64,000 nucleotides of DNA, taken from the NCBI GenBank assembly GCA_965644295.1, contig CBFFRP010000454.1, positions 1-64,000 on the forward strand, given 5' to 3'. Positions 51,233 through 64,000 of the stretch are shown one piece after another. Position 1 is the first letter of the stretch; each line of letters opens with the position of its first letter. A program made the position numbers and the translations under genes. The stretch comes from Paraphysomonas bandaiensis. Lineage: Eukaryota > Protista > Chrysophyceae. The notes beneath the pieces were generated by a model that saw nothing but the letters and a program-made list of their open reading frames with translations, was not told where the DNA came from and ran no database searches.

Positions 51233-52501
51233 ATGACCACCTCTCTTTCTTCCACTCAACACACACTATTTGTTTTCCTTGGATTACCCTCCTGGGCACT
51301 CGTTGATGTCACCTGGTCCCTCTTATCACAGTTAGCCTCTCATCTACCAGAGAGCTATGCCATATCAGTATTTCTTGTACTTGCTCTCACTATAGGGAAC
51401 ACAATACCCCTCTTGTCGAATACATTTCTTAAAGCTGCATCACAAAATCAAGTTCGTGCTGTTATTTACGGAATCTTATCAACTGGATTTACGTGTGGTG
51501 TTCTCATATCATTATTTTGGCATCAAACTATTCCTATTGGATCGCACCGTTACTCTCTTATCTTTTACGCACTATTCTTTATTGCTGGTGCTTGTTCGTC
51601 TACTTCCAATGTTACACACTATATGTATGTTGCCAAGTATTCCAGCACAGAGACGACTGCGCTCTCTACCGGCATGGCATTAGGCTCTATGACTGCTGGG
51701 ATTCTGGGTATATCGCAAGGACTTTTTCTTTGTAGCGTAGGAATGTCTATTACCCACGTGTATATAACAGTTGCGCTTTTGTATCTGCCAGCCATATTTT
51801 CACTGAATTTAATGCACGCGCCGACTGATAATGGCTTAGAATCTCCGGACAGCCCACTTCTCTCTGACCACGTGGGCCTGTCCCATGCTAGTCCGACTCA
51901 TGGAGACGACAAGCTTATAATGGATAGCGCTTGTACTGTAGTACGCCGAGGTATAATTGCGTCTGTTGATAGTCAATCACAACGGAGTGAGAGTATATGG
52001 GGCCATCACTCCACTCTGCTATATGTCCAAGCTGGGAATTCTTTCCTTGGATATGGGGTGGTTCCGTCCCTTATCTCCCCAGTGTGTTCACGGTTTTCGT
52101 CCCCGTATACGGTCCTCTTATTGGCAACTGGTCTGCTTTGCGCCTTGGATCCGGCCTGTCGAGCTCTTACAGCACTTCGCCCCCTCCGTACTCAACGACA
52201 GGTATTTTACGCCTCAGCGATACTTGCCAGTTTGGCCATGTGTCTGATAATTACTCTCGCTTTTCCTTCGTCGGCTCCACCCCTCTCATCCCCCTATGGA
52301 GGGGCTCTTCCAGTGCTTCTATATGTGTCGTTTGGTGTTGGATTCGGTTTCACTAATACCTCCGTCTTTATCCTTCTGAAATCTCTAGTCCCTCCTGACG
52401 AGGTGCAGGATGCCTACAGATGGACAGGAATTGTGTCTCAGACAGGAGCAATGATGGGGTCTTTTCTTAGTTTCATTCTTGTCATTAGTGGATGTATATA
52501 G
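51233..52501 (+). CDS. SLC52/RFVT-like riboflavin transporter, intronless
   Basis: The N-terminus FLGLPSWALVDVTWSLLSQLASHLPESYAISVFLVLALTIGN resembles the SLC52 signature (GxxSW...W..LP......LPE.W.L......GN). SNVT motif, many TM helices, ending Q.G...GS. Confidence 0.75.
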   Translation: MTTSLSSTQHTLFVFLGLPSWALVDVTWSLLSQLASHLPESYAISVFLVLALTIGNTIPLLSNTFLKAASQNQVRAVIYGILSTGFTCGVLISLFWHQTIPIGSHRYSLIFYALFFIAGACSSTSNVTHYMYVAKYSSTETTALSTGMALGSMTAGILGISQGLFLCSVGMSITHVYITVALLYLPAIFSLNLMHAPTDNGLESPDSPLLSDHVGLSHASPTHGDDKLIMDSACTVVRRGIIASVDSQSQRSESIWGHHSTLLYVQAGNSFLGYGVVPSLISPVCSRFSSPYTVLLLATGLLCALDPACRALTALRPLRTQRQVFYASAILASLAMCLIITLAFPSSAPPLSSPYGGALPVLLYVSFGVGFGFTNTSVFILLKSLVPPDEVQDAYRWTGIVSQTGAMMGSFLSFILVISGCI

Positions 52502-53986
52502 GTTTTAGCTTGCTTTTTTGTTTTCATAGAGTTATTCTTCGAGTTTGTATTTACTGCACATATTCGTGTGCCAACAGTCATTTGATGATTGCTGCATATA
52601 TGTTATTTTCGAATCTTACTTTAGCCGAATAGTTTGTTTCAACTTTTAACAACCAGCTTACTATTATTAGCATTACCCTTCTTGTTGGACGGTGATCAAT
52701 GAATACAGAGCACCATATGATGCAATACACAATGCACATGATAAAGAAGACCGGATTTATTTTATTTTAGGAGCAGATGAAAATTACAATAGCGATTGCG
52801 ACTGTTAAAATGCACTTTGCAGCATGAAATATGCTAACGAAAGCCAAATATATAAAATATAAATATATTGTGAAGTCCTAGACTTAACAATGTTACTAAG
52901 GTCAACAATTTAGCAGGTTTAGTCAATGTCAAAGCAATACTTGAGTACTTGACGTGTTGAGTATTGAAGGTACTATAAATTAGGGCCTGCTAACCGTTAG
53001 TAGCCATATAATGGGTGCTCAGTTCCCCACAACTATAATGACATTATCATTAACGGCCCATTAATAGTTGACCTGAACGAGAGACTGACAGAAGTAGAAG
53101 AAACAACATAGAAATGTAATAATTGGGGTAGCATTTCAAGCATGTCTGGTGTATGTGCTTGCTCGGTACTTTTTCATTGAGTTTGTTAGTACTGCTTTAG
53201 CATGAAGATAGCTATACTGACAATGAATTACCTGTATAGCTTCTAATTCATATTGTATGCTCAACTTACCGACGTGGGCTGGAAGATCATAATGCCCACG
53301 ATTGCATCCATGTAAATTATATGTAAATCATTAGTTTGGTACCCTGCTATGCAGCACAGCTAAGTGTATGACCTACTCGTAGCATCGCTCTAATAAACGT
53401 CGTCGATATTTAATCGCCTTCAACAGTTACCCACTTCTATGACATACATACTGTATCAAGATGCATTCCACTCACAGCTTGGCGATTGTCAACATTCGAG
53501 GCTATTACATCCCATTTGTCTCATTTGGGTGCATAAATAGCTTGTATGAGAATAGCCTGTATGAGGTTATTCGTTGTTTGGAGGGGGCTGTGGATGATGT
53601 CACTGGCGTCCATATCAGCATCAATAATGTTTCTACACATAACGGCATTGAATCCAATCATGTATGTGTAAATGAATACTATTGGCTATTAAAGGATTAA
53701 TTATACAGTCTGTATACAGCAGTAGTGGAGTCTTCACTTTTCCAGTCCACGCCCTCTCCGGAATGTACGTACACTCCATGGTCGGTTCTTGTGGTTGTGC
53801 GGCACTTCTATATATCGTCAATCACCCCTCTATATACACCGCATATACATACCTCCATCTATATATATATATGTATACACTCGGCAGTCAATCATCTCCA
53901 TACATAAGACTGTATTGAATTCATTCATCATTCAACCACATACTTGAACAACTTATAAATTGTATTTGAAAGTCATTAATAAGAAC

Positions 53987-55480
53987 ATGAGTGACGTAGA
54001 TAGAGATGATGAGAGGGGTCAGGGAGAGAAGAAGAAAGATGCTTCAGAGGATCGTCATAAGAGTCATAATCTGAAACAAACACATCTAGCTGTACAAGAT
54101 TTGGCAACATTAGATCCTACAAGATTAACAGCATTGACACCTGAAATTATATCTCGTCAAGCCACTATTAATATAGGGACTATTGGACATGTGGCTCATG
54201 GAAAATCCACTGTTGTGAAAGCCATATCTGGCGTGCAGACAGTTCGATTCAAGAATGAATTGATTCGAAATATTACAATTAAATTAGGTTATGCGAATGC
54301 AAAGATATATCGCTCTGATGCACCATCAGATGAATATGGATTGTATAGATCGAAGGGAAGCTCAACCGCTGATGTTTTTACCGAAGATGGTAAGACATGG
54401 AGTGTTCAGCGACATGTTTCATTCGTAGATTGCCCCGGGCACGATATATTAATGGCTACCATGCTTAACGGTGCTGCTGTTATGGACGCCGCGCTTTTGT
54501 TAATAGCCGGAAATGAGACTTGCCCCCAACCTCAGACATCTGAGCACTTAGCTGCCGTGGAAATCATGAAATTGCCGCACATTATTATTCTTCAAAATAA
54601 GGTAGATCTGGTAAAACAAGAGCAGGCAGAGGCTCAGCATGAACAGATCAAGAAGTTTGTTGCGGGAACTGTTGCTGGTAATGCGCCGGTGATACCAATC
54701 TCGGCTGTGTTGCGTTACAACATCGACATGGTGTGTGAGTACATTGCTCGATACATACCTGTACCTTCCAGAAACTTTATTGGTTTGCCCCGGTTGATTG
54801 TCATTCGATCTTTTGATGTGAATAAACCCGGAGAGGATGTCCAGTCTCTTAAGGGAGGTGTAGCGGGTGGCTCTATCCTTCAGGGCATTCTTAGAGTTGG
54901 AGACGAGATTGAGGTTCGTCCTGGAATCGTCGCCAAAGATACCGACGGCAACATGAAATGCACTCCTATCTACAGTCGCATTATGTCTCTTTATGCTGAA
55001 CAAAATGACCTCCAGTATGCTGTTCCCGGTGGTCTTATTGGCGTGGGAACCAAGATTGACCCAACACTTACCCGTGCTGATCGACTCGTTGGACAGGTAC
55101 TCGGCCTTCGTGACCACCTCCCTGATGTGTTCACCGAGGTTGAGATTTCATTCTACCTCCTTCGTCGCCTTTTGGGTGTCAAAACTACCGAGGGAACGAA
55201 GCAAGCTAAGGTTCAGAAACTCAGTAAGGGCGAAGTTCTTATGGTTAACATTGGATCAACTGCCACTGGCGGAAAGGTCGTTAAAGTTCTCGAGGGACCG
55301 AGTGGCGAACCTGTTGCACGTATTGTCCTTACCCAGCCCGTGTGTACTCAGGAGGGGGAGAAGATAGCTCTCAGTCGACGTGTTGACAAGCACTGGAGAC
55401 TCATTGGGTGGGGTGAGATCAGAAAGGGAGTTAAAATTGAAATGGGTGAGGCTGTTAGAATAACCCCCGAAGAAGGATAA
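53987..55480 (+). CDS. EIF2S3: Eukaryotic translation initiation factor 2 subunit gamma, intronless
   Basis: [67 protein letters not shown]. Confidence 0.98.
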   Translation: MSDVDRDDERGQGEKKKDASEDRHKSHNLKQTHLAVQDLATLDPTRLTALTPEIISRQATINIGTIGHVAHGKSTVVKAISGVQTVRFKNELIRNITIKLGYANAKIYRSDAPSDEYGLYRSKGSSTADVFTEDGKTWSVQRHVSFVDCPGHDILMATMLNGAAVMDAALLLIAGNETCPQPQTSEHLAAVEIMKLPHIIILQNKVDLVKQEQAEAQHEQIKKFVAGTVAGNAPVIPISAVLRYNIDMVCEYIARYIPVPSRNFIGLPRLIVIRSFDVNKPGEDVQSLKGGVAGGSILQGILRVGDEIEVRPGIVAKDTDGNMKCTPIYSRIMSLYAEQNDLQYAVPGGLIGVGTKIDPTLTRADRLVGQVLGLRDHLPDVFTEVEISFYLLRRLLGVKTTEGTKQAKVQKLSKGEVLMVNIGSTATGGKVVKVLEGPSGEPVARIVLTQPVCTQEGEKIALSRRVDKHWRLIGWGEIRKGVKIEMGEAVRITPEEG

Positions 55481-56926
55481 GCATCATAGGAGATGGTTCG
55501 TAACTCACTTGGTTCCTGAAATACACAGGCAAGATATGAGCAGTTCTTGGGTTTTTGAATGATATTCAATTTAGTTCCAGTCTGTAGTCGGTATTACCTG
55601 TCACCTCGTTAAAGAGTTTTGTTATAATAACAGAGACTTTATTCATTTGAATTTCTAGCTATGGTACACACGGGTATATCCGATTCATTTATTGTTAGTG
55701 CTGCTGCCCACACGAATACTAGAGCTAATAGTAATGCCACAGTATGATATTATTAAAAAATATTTCAAAATGAACCTACGCACTAAGCACTATTGTAGCT
55801 CTCCTATTACACCGTACATGATAAAGTACACATGTCGTCCCACTATGCAGTGTAGCAATTATTAAGTGGCAAGAGGATTGATGATGACATTTTGATTTAG
55901 TCAGTCTAGCGTTATTAATACTTCATTTTGAACACACAGCACTACGTAAAATGTAAAATATATTCGACACTTTCCATCACAATTTTAGTGTATATCTACC
56001 TATCAGAAGTTGAAATAATATTAATTAATGAATATCAACATTATTTAGGAAAATCTTGCATGATTTACAAAAAACGTTTTGTGTAAATGTACATGAGGTA
56101 CATACATATAAGCTCCAAACTGCACAATAGTATATACGAGAATTTTTATGATTTCTACATCACAAAATGGGATCATATAATACTTTATATGTATGGTGGA
56201 AAGTGAAAAGCGAGCGGCTCATCGCGACAGACATCCAGCCATATGTATAGAGGAAGCGTGAACACTCAAAGCAGATGTATACAGTGTGCTGATATAGATG
56301 GGAGTTATAGAAGGGTCATGAGATGAATATATTCAATAGAAACACTGTGATATCTTTATATATCTACCTATAATTCTATCCGATCATATCAGAGTGCTGT
56401 GCACTCACTTTAGTTGTCTATCTATCGAGATGATAGTCTCAAAGAAATCAATCATCACCCATATCGCTTGGATAGTGAATATCTTCCAGGAAGTTTCATA
56501 TAGTCATATGATCAGCCATTCTGACGAGATTAGGGATATAGTGCTGCCACTGTACCAGATACTGTGTGCTGTTGTAGATGTACTCGTAGAATATACATAC
56601 CCTCAAGTAGACGAGTACTACTGTAGTGCTATACCGTATACACATAAAGCAATACAGATGGTATGGAGCGACCATAGCATGTATCGGTATATACAGCACA
56701 GTATATAGCAAAATACAGCATTCAAACCAAAAAAAAAAAAAACTCAAAGAGACGTTTCAGTTTCACTTGACTTCGACTTCATTTGAGAGTATGTGAATTT
56801 CTCTCTCCACATACATATACATACAGGCTCATGTAATGTATGGAGAGTGCTGTTAACACACATGTCCTCAATGGATATATATATTACTATACTTAGTTAG
56901 AGTCACTGTATTAACCCTCAGTGATA

Positions 56927-59900
56927 ATGACTGATGCCGCTGTGGGATCGATTAGCCATATCCTACAGACGGCTTTCAAGGAAGATTATGAAGAAAGGAA
57001 TAAAATTAATGAATCCAAAGCACGTAAACTCGCAATAGAAGAGCGTAGAAAAGAAAGAGAACGTAAACGTCAATTAGCTGAAGAACGAAAGAAAGAGGAG
57101 GAAGAAAGACTTGCTGCAGAAGCAACAGCATCAAAGAAAGGTGCAAAGAAACCGGAGACATCTGCAGAGCCCTCTCAAGATGAGGATGATGAGCCTGAGG
57201 AGGAAGAGTTAGATGAGGGGGAGCTATATGAGAACCCTGTAGATAAGATACCACTGAGTGAACATCACCGATCCTTACTCGAGGGTAGAGTAGAACGGAT
57301 TCAAAGTGAAATAGAAGAGAATAGCAAAGATGCGGAGCGTCTAGTGACTTATCTCAAACAGCAGCGTGAGATTGCCAAACAATTGGAAATCGAGGAAGAA
57401 GAAAACTTAAAGAAACAGGGAATCATGATAGGACAGCATATACCATCGTTAGTTTCTCAATTAGATGTTGATCCGAATGTCGTGAACGGTTTCGGGAAGA
57501 TAGGTGCAAATTTAGTGATATCTCGAGAGCTGCTAGGTCAGAATAAAGAAAGAAATCTTAGAAGAACTGGCAACCTACCAATCTCTGATGAGGCAGAATT
57601 GCGTAAGACACAACGGAAACAGTATAAGGATACTGAAGTCGAGGATGTGCCCCACTACCTGCAGCATACAGGTGCCTTCAAAGAACGCAGTAATATTACG
57701 GCCGCGAGGTTTTCTTCCACTCTGCAGGAACACAAAACCCACAGAGAGACTATAGCATTAGAACACACCGCTAAAGGAGTAGACATAAAAAAAATTCCGA
57801 AGCGTGACTGGGGACAAAGTGCGATTGAACGTGATCAGGATCAAGCCGTTTTGAAGTCTATTAACCACCGGCTGAATTATCTCAGGAATCCAAGGAACAA
57901 CCCTTCAGCTGTGACGAAGACTCTGGTTGCGCCCTCTATAGGGACCCACAGACCGGGAGGAAGTGTCAAGAGTGGAAGATCTCAACACAGCTCTGGTGTA
58001 TCGGTCGATTCTTCTGTGCCACCGCCTCCACCTGCTCCGCGTTCAACGAACAAATCGGTCATTCAATCTGGTCGATCCGGACATAAAACCAAGCGCGGGA
58101 TAGGATCCAGCACTACTGCCGTCGCAGGCAATGCTCTTTTTGTCACAGAGCCAAGCTGTGTGCTATTTGACTCTTATGATGTAGGAGAGAAGTATGTTCA
58201 GAGTGTCGCATTCCGTAACATATCTTCTGTCTGTCGTACGCTTAGAGTGATTCCTCCCAGGACTGTTAGCTTCAGTATGTCGCCTTTGCGGTTTCCTGCA
58301 AATAGCAAAGGTGGCGTAGTAGCTCCTGGTATGTGTGTTACCTCGGATGTGACTTTTTACCCTAAGTCTCTAGCGGATTACACGGATAGTATTCATGTGG
58401 AAACAGAGGGTGGAGATTACAGCGTGCAGCTACTGGGGCGTAGAGACCCGCCAGTACTTAATCTTCCCTCTCTTCTTGATGTAGGCGCTTGCCTTGTTGG
58501 TGACGCCCTTAGAATATCCGTTCCTTGTGGAAACTCAGGTGGAGCAGGAAAATTCAAGGTTCTTCGTAGTGATTGGTACCCAGAAATTCCTGATGATGTG
58601 GACTATACGGGCTGTGTGCGGAGTGCCCCTTTCACCGTCTACCCTATCGAATTTTCCCTGGAACGGCGCGATTCGATCGACCTCACAATTGAGTTTGTAC
58701 CTTTAGATATCGGTCAATTTCAGCGGAACTTTGTGTTTTTGGGTGACAATGAGCAGTACATTACTGTAACCCTTCAGGGCGAGGGGAGACAAGTTGAGTG
58801 TGCCGTAACTGAGATCAACTCCATAACTGTCCCAGCCATTGACCCGACTATTTTGAAAGACTTACACTTTGCGAACTGTCCAATTGGTTCAGATCATGAG
58901 CAGGAAATTACTGTTTCTAATACAAGTGGTTTACCTATTGAGTATGAGTGGGTGTGGGTAGAATCACGCACGAAAGACATTAGAATGGCTTCACTAGGCA
59001 AACTCATGATAAAGGAGGAACAGCTAGAGGATGATAGAGAACGAAGAGAGCGGTTAAAAGCAGAGGCGGCCGCGGCAGATGCTAGGCGCCTCAGTATTGA
59101 TAGCAAGCGTTCAGGTCAGCGCACAGGTAATAAAACGGCTGGTGGACAAAGTCTGTATAATAGAGGTGATACAGATATGATGAAGTCTACGGGTTTATCT
59201 GTGGAGCACGGCTTCGAGGAGTCCGCTGTTATGAAAGGCTTCGGTATTATGCCTCGGCGAGGAGTACTCCCAGCATATGGATCTTCCCCTTTTGTTGTGA
59301 AGTACACGGCATCTAACGTGGGCTTGGATTCGGCACGTGCTGTTCTTGTTCTTCGTGATGTCACGGAGTCTAGCATGCCAGGGAAGTCCCAAAGCACCTC
59401 AATTGTACATCTTTTGGATATGGCACACGGACCCTACCACCGCTTACAAAGCTGGCTAGATGAGATTGGGGTAGAAGTTCCTTCCGCTAGTTTAAAACAT
59501 GAGCATGACGATCTATTCATGCGCGGTTTGCGGCCACATAATGTCCCTTCCAACAGAATAAGCATGGACACATTAATGTCGATAGCTAGGAATCACGCTT
59601 CAGTGGAGGGATTGCAGTCATCGCTATCAAAGTTTAGATTTACTGTTGGTCGCTTGTTAAGTAAAGCGCGTCGTTGGATTCACAGGACCACTGAAACAGA
59701 TGTGCCGGATGATGATTCTGTGATTGGTGCGGACTTGATGGAGCAAGAAGAGCCAGACAACGAAAGTGTTGTACTGGACGATGCATTTGCGATGGCCACT
59801 ATTCAGCACTGGGATGCAAATGACGACTCACTGGCAGCTACATTCCCAATGTTTAAAGTAGAAATCCCCAGAGATTTTGAGTCTCACATGGTTAGTAGCC

Positions 59901-62900
59901 GAAAGTATATCAATCCTGATTCGGACGAGGCAAAATCTATCAGCAAGGTGTTGTGGATCAATAATATTAGTGCATTCAGCGTTCTTGGATCAGGGTTATG
60001 CACTCTATTAAACGAAAAGGTAAAGCATGAGGCTGTTGATTTCATTCAGAGATGCTCCCGAATTAATCTACCAGCGCTCAATATGAATGTGACTGGTGTC
60101 GGAGTTTTGCCTACTTTTCACTTAACCCCACCAAAACTTATTGTGGGTGGAGCAGTCAGTGTTGGAAAGGAATGGACGGGTACTGTTACACTGCATAACA
60201 CCAGTCATATTTTGAACGAAGTTTCGATTGATACATCAGCAGCTGTAATCCCTCGAATCGGGAACAAGGAGAATGCAACTATCACGGTCTCCAACTCGCA
60301 CATCATTCTCCTTCCTGGAAGTACTGAAACAATCAATGTAACAGTTGTAGTGAACGAAGTAGGCGACTTTGACATCACACTCCCCGTTATCCCTAAGAGT
60401 GAATTTCTAGAAGTGAATGACATAATCATTTCGATCCATACTGTGGGTCCGAAAATACGATTTGAGGCGCCAGAAGTTAATATCGGTCTTGTTAGTACAG
60501 GCGTAGAGACACAGTCTGTGGTGTCTTTCACCAATGATACAGACATCCCCTTGATTTACAATTTATCGTGCTCTGTTGATGCATTGCTCAGTGCATTAAG
60601 TACAAACCGTCGCAATGAAAGGCGTGAGTCAAAATTTGCAACGCCTCCACGAATTCCATCGACACCCAACGAAGATGTACAGTCGGTAGCACATTCTGCG
60701 AGATCGACGAGGTCTCAATTGACTGAGGCATCGACTGATAGTTATGCAATTGAAAATCCAACAGCAGTATTTTCATTTATGCCTCCTAGTGGGGAATTAG
60801 GGCCAGGAGAGACTTGCCATACGACTCTACGTTGTGTGGCTGGTAAATTTCCCCAACGTGTGCGGGGTGTCATCGAGTGCAAGGTCACTGATATTAATGG
60901 CGTGTGTAACCTTCCGTCGCAATACATCAGCGTGAGAGGAGAAGTTCAATCACCGTTGACGATATTAACTCCTTCGCTAGTGGATGTTGGAAATGCTTAC
61001 ATCAATACTCCTATAAAATTCGAAATAACTCTTAAGAATTTGACGAGTCTAGGTAGTAAATTTAAATTTGAGCGACCCGGTGGTGACTCAGCTTCCTACA
61101 AGTTGCAGTTTTCAGAGAAAAGTGGCGATCTTCAAGGCCAGGAGAAGCGAGTTATTACTGTCACATTCACTGCCCTTGTGTCTGGCGTCACAGATGATGT
61201 CATTGGGTGCAAAATATTCGGTTCACCGAACCCTATCGGGTTTCAGTTAAAAGGAATCGCGAAGGGTATTCACGTTGATTTCGTGCCTCTTGAAGAAGGT
61301 GAGGAACCGCCGTTACCACTTGCAGACCCAACAGAGCCTCAGTACCCTGGGCCGGGTTCTGTTCCTGACCCAGCGCCTCTTCGACCGCTTGAATTCGGGT
61401 CTGAAGTGGAACTGTACGAAAGGAGGATCAGGCAGTTCGCTATTCGGAACTTATCAGCTGTGAGCGCTTTTTTTGATATCCGCCCGAGGAAGTATGAAGT
61501 CGGTGAAGTGTTTAATGATGATGACAGTCTGACATCCTCGTTAGCTGAGCCGCCTGCAGTAGGAAAAGGACTTCTTGTGCCGAACGAAGATGGTGAGGCA
61601 AGATATCAGTCCGAGGCGGGAAAGAAGTACATTGGAGCTATGATGAAGCGTCGTCAGGATAAGCACTACTTGACCCTTGGCCTGGGTGCGTCATATGCTG
61701 TAGAACCAAAGACCGGAGTCGTTCCGCCATGGGGAGTTGTAGTGGTTACTGTCTTGAGTCGTAACGACATGCCTGGGTGTTTTGATGATGAACTGGTGTG
61801 CGACTTCAGAGACCATAGAAAAATGTTTCTGCCGATGAAAATGAATGTTTTGGGATGTCCGCTTGTTATCGAAAGGGACTCGTATGGAATGTCATCCTTC
61901 ACACCCCCTGAAGGTCGTACTGAGGAATCGAGTGGTCTATTATTACAAATGGGCTATTCTGCGGTTAATTCTGAACCAATTGTACGAGATTTCAGGGTTC
62001 GAAACAACGGATCATCTCCGGCTACGATCAAGTGGAAGTTACGATCTGTGTCGTCAAGAGTTAATGGCCCATTGAAAGTCGAACTGAGACTGCAGAAGAC
62101 AGGAGTAAAAACCCATTTGCTCTTCTGGGATGATGTTGCCAAGGATTCGCCGTTCGATGTGGACCCAAAAGTTACGGTAATTCCAGCGTATGGACGAAGA
62201 AATTTTAAAGTTAAACTTTTGAGAACGAATGTAGTAGGGAATGAACTAGCCTTGTTGTCAGGTGCTATCTCGTTCGACTCAAGTCCGTCAGATATGTCTG
62301 TGCCTCCAACCAGAGAGAGTATATCTGGAGGAGGAAGTAGACCTGGAGAAGCGGCCGCACCAGAGAGCAAGCAGTCGATGGTGGAGTCGTCGTCCGCAGC
62401 TAGCGTTGTATCGCAGGCGGCTAAATCGGCGGTTGCACGGGTTAGTTATAATATCTCTCTTCATCTCAAGGGCAGTCTAATGCAGCCAGAGATTAGACTA
62501 GATAAAAATATATTGGTTACCACGAAGGATCGAGTGACTCATGTTCCATCTAGCCTTGGGATCGTTCTTAAAACAGATGCACCTAGTCTATTTGCAAAAG
62601 GTGCACGTCCATCAGATGTCTGCAAGCGTGTTATTGCACTCATGAATCCAATTCCGGCCACTCTGGCTTTCAGTGTTTCCGTGGAAGGTCCATTTACCGT
62701 AAAGCTTTTATCCGATGAAAACAAGCAGCGTCCGAAATCACCGTCCTCCGTACATACTTCGAATACGTTGTCCTCTAGGCTTTCGAAGGGACAAAGCAGT
62801 ACTGCTGGTGGTTCATCTGTTGGTGGAACTTGCCTACTTCTCTCTCAGGCTTCTGTGCGGTTTGTTGTAGCTTTTACACCAAGGAGGGAGCTCCGCAATA

Positions 62901-63672
62901 CTCTGCAGAACAATAAATCTACCCTTGGTCTGGGGGATAAGGCTGCCGATGGTGAAAAGGGTACACTTATAGTATCATTCTCGACTGGACAGCAGCTTCA
63001 TGTGCCGATTACTGTCACGCTCTCTACGCCGTTTATATCTGCGTCTTCTCCCAGACTTCATTTTGGTGTATGTCACACTACTCGCCACTGTGATGGTATA
63101 CTTCTTCTATCGTCGTCCACTGATGTTATCGCGAGATGGAGTGTGGAGCACGTTCCAGGGGCTGGGGGCAGTCGAAAAGTTTCTTCTATCCGAGTGAAAG
63201 GATTTGAATCGCTCGGACAACAAGAGGATGACCCATCTGTCTTCACCATTACTCCTGGGTCTGGAGAGCTACAGGGGCCCACAGTATCGCCAACTGCTGC
63301 CACATACTGTCCTCCTAAAGATGTCAATAGAAGGTATACTGAAAAATATGCCACTCTTGTGTGTTATAATTTTGTGTTTTTAGTCAAAGCATCGCTGTTA
63401 TCGAGCAAAGACCTATGGCAACGTCATGGGCCACCTCCACTCTGACGCTACAGGACTCTCTTGTGGAAAGACACCAATCATCAAAGAAGAATGCTATTGA
63501 TGCTCGTTATCCCATTCCGATAAATATCAAGTTCAAGCCGAGTCGAAATGTGCGATACAGTTCTAGATTCAGATTTACTTGTGAGTATGGGAACACTTTT
63601 GATGTGTTGTTGGAAGGGGAGGGAACTTTTGAGGAGCACGAACACAGACCATTGAATCCGGTCCCGAGATGA
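56927..63672 (+). CDS. DLEC1: DLEC1/CFAP81-like ciliary central-apparatus protein with multiple Ig-like ASH domains
   Basis: LNYLRNPR motif followed by EPSCVLFDSYDVGEKY...FRNISSVCRTLRVIPP...GVVAPGM..F.P.SLADYTD. Repeated ASH-like modules and C-terminal YSSRFRFTCEYG. An intron at ~63334-63383 joins the last exon. Confidence 0.85.
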
Positions 63673-64000
63673 TTACATGATGTCCAAAATTAGTTTGAAG
63701 TGCCTATCTCATTTGGTATAATTGAATGTTTTCTCTTAGTAGTGGTGACTGACTGTATTCCCTTGTGCTTGTTTCTACCGTAGATGAATAATTTGTTGAA
63801 ATCTAATTATTGCTTATTATAAACTGTATAAGATATGTGAAATCAGTGGAATGTGTACAATATTGAACGCAATGTGAATGGTGTAACTGATGAGTGGGAA
63901 TATACGTATTAAATCAGGATGTTAAAGCAATCCAAAGCTTCATATTGAATATTAGAGATGTGAGCAAACCGATATGAAAGAGATGACTTTATTCCGTCTC

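Noticed and set aside
54548-55117. Antisense ORFs over eIF2-gamma, DLEC1, SHIPPO and HECT genes
   Set aside because: Shadow ORFs expected opposite long coding exons; no independent motifs.

Overview
Eukaryotic nuclear DNA, not prokaryotic. It is gene-dense with mostly ~50-nt GT-AG introns and the standard genetic code. The source is probably a flagellated stramenopile, inferred from a PH-domain DGAT1, a Crypton-like remnant and several ciliary genes. Seventeen protein-coding genes can be reconstructed by eye: COPI-associated/TVP15-like, PH-DGAT1, a Dpy-30-motif protein, an unknown possibly AP2-like protein, a ~1615-aa pseudo-lipase/GTPase/HECT fusion, a large SHIPPO-repeat protein, an 88-aa mitochondrial-type microprotein, an N-acylated EF-hand protein, a PH/ankyrin/FYVE/R-SNARE-like protein, Rab1, an ERICH2-like gene absent from the ORF track, an ELMO-domain protein, HSP20, PTEN-like, a ZnF-UBP/USP deubiquitinase, an SLC52-like riboflavin transporter and eIF2-gamma, plus DLEC1/CFAP81. 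Transposon debris (hAT-type MITEs, Tc1, Copia, Crypton, a foldback hairpin) lies in long intergenic tracts away from the compact divergent promoters. Two signals stand out. First, all four long (TACA)n arrays sit at gene 5' ends, three between divergent gene pairs, and an exact 10-mer TACTGCTGTA recurs upstream of many unrelated genes. Second, the lipase-like + GTPase + HECT fusion resembles a single-protein sensor/effector. All calls come from motif recognition; no database searches were run.
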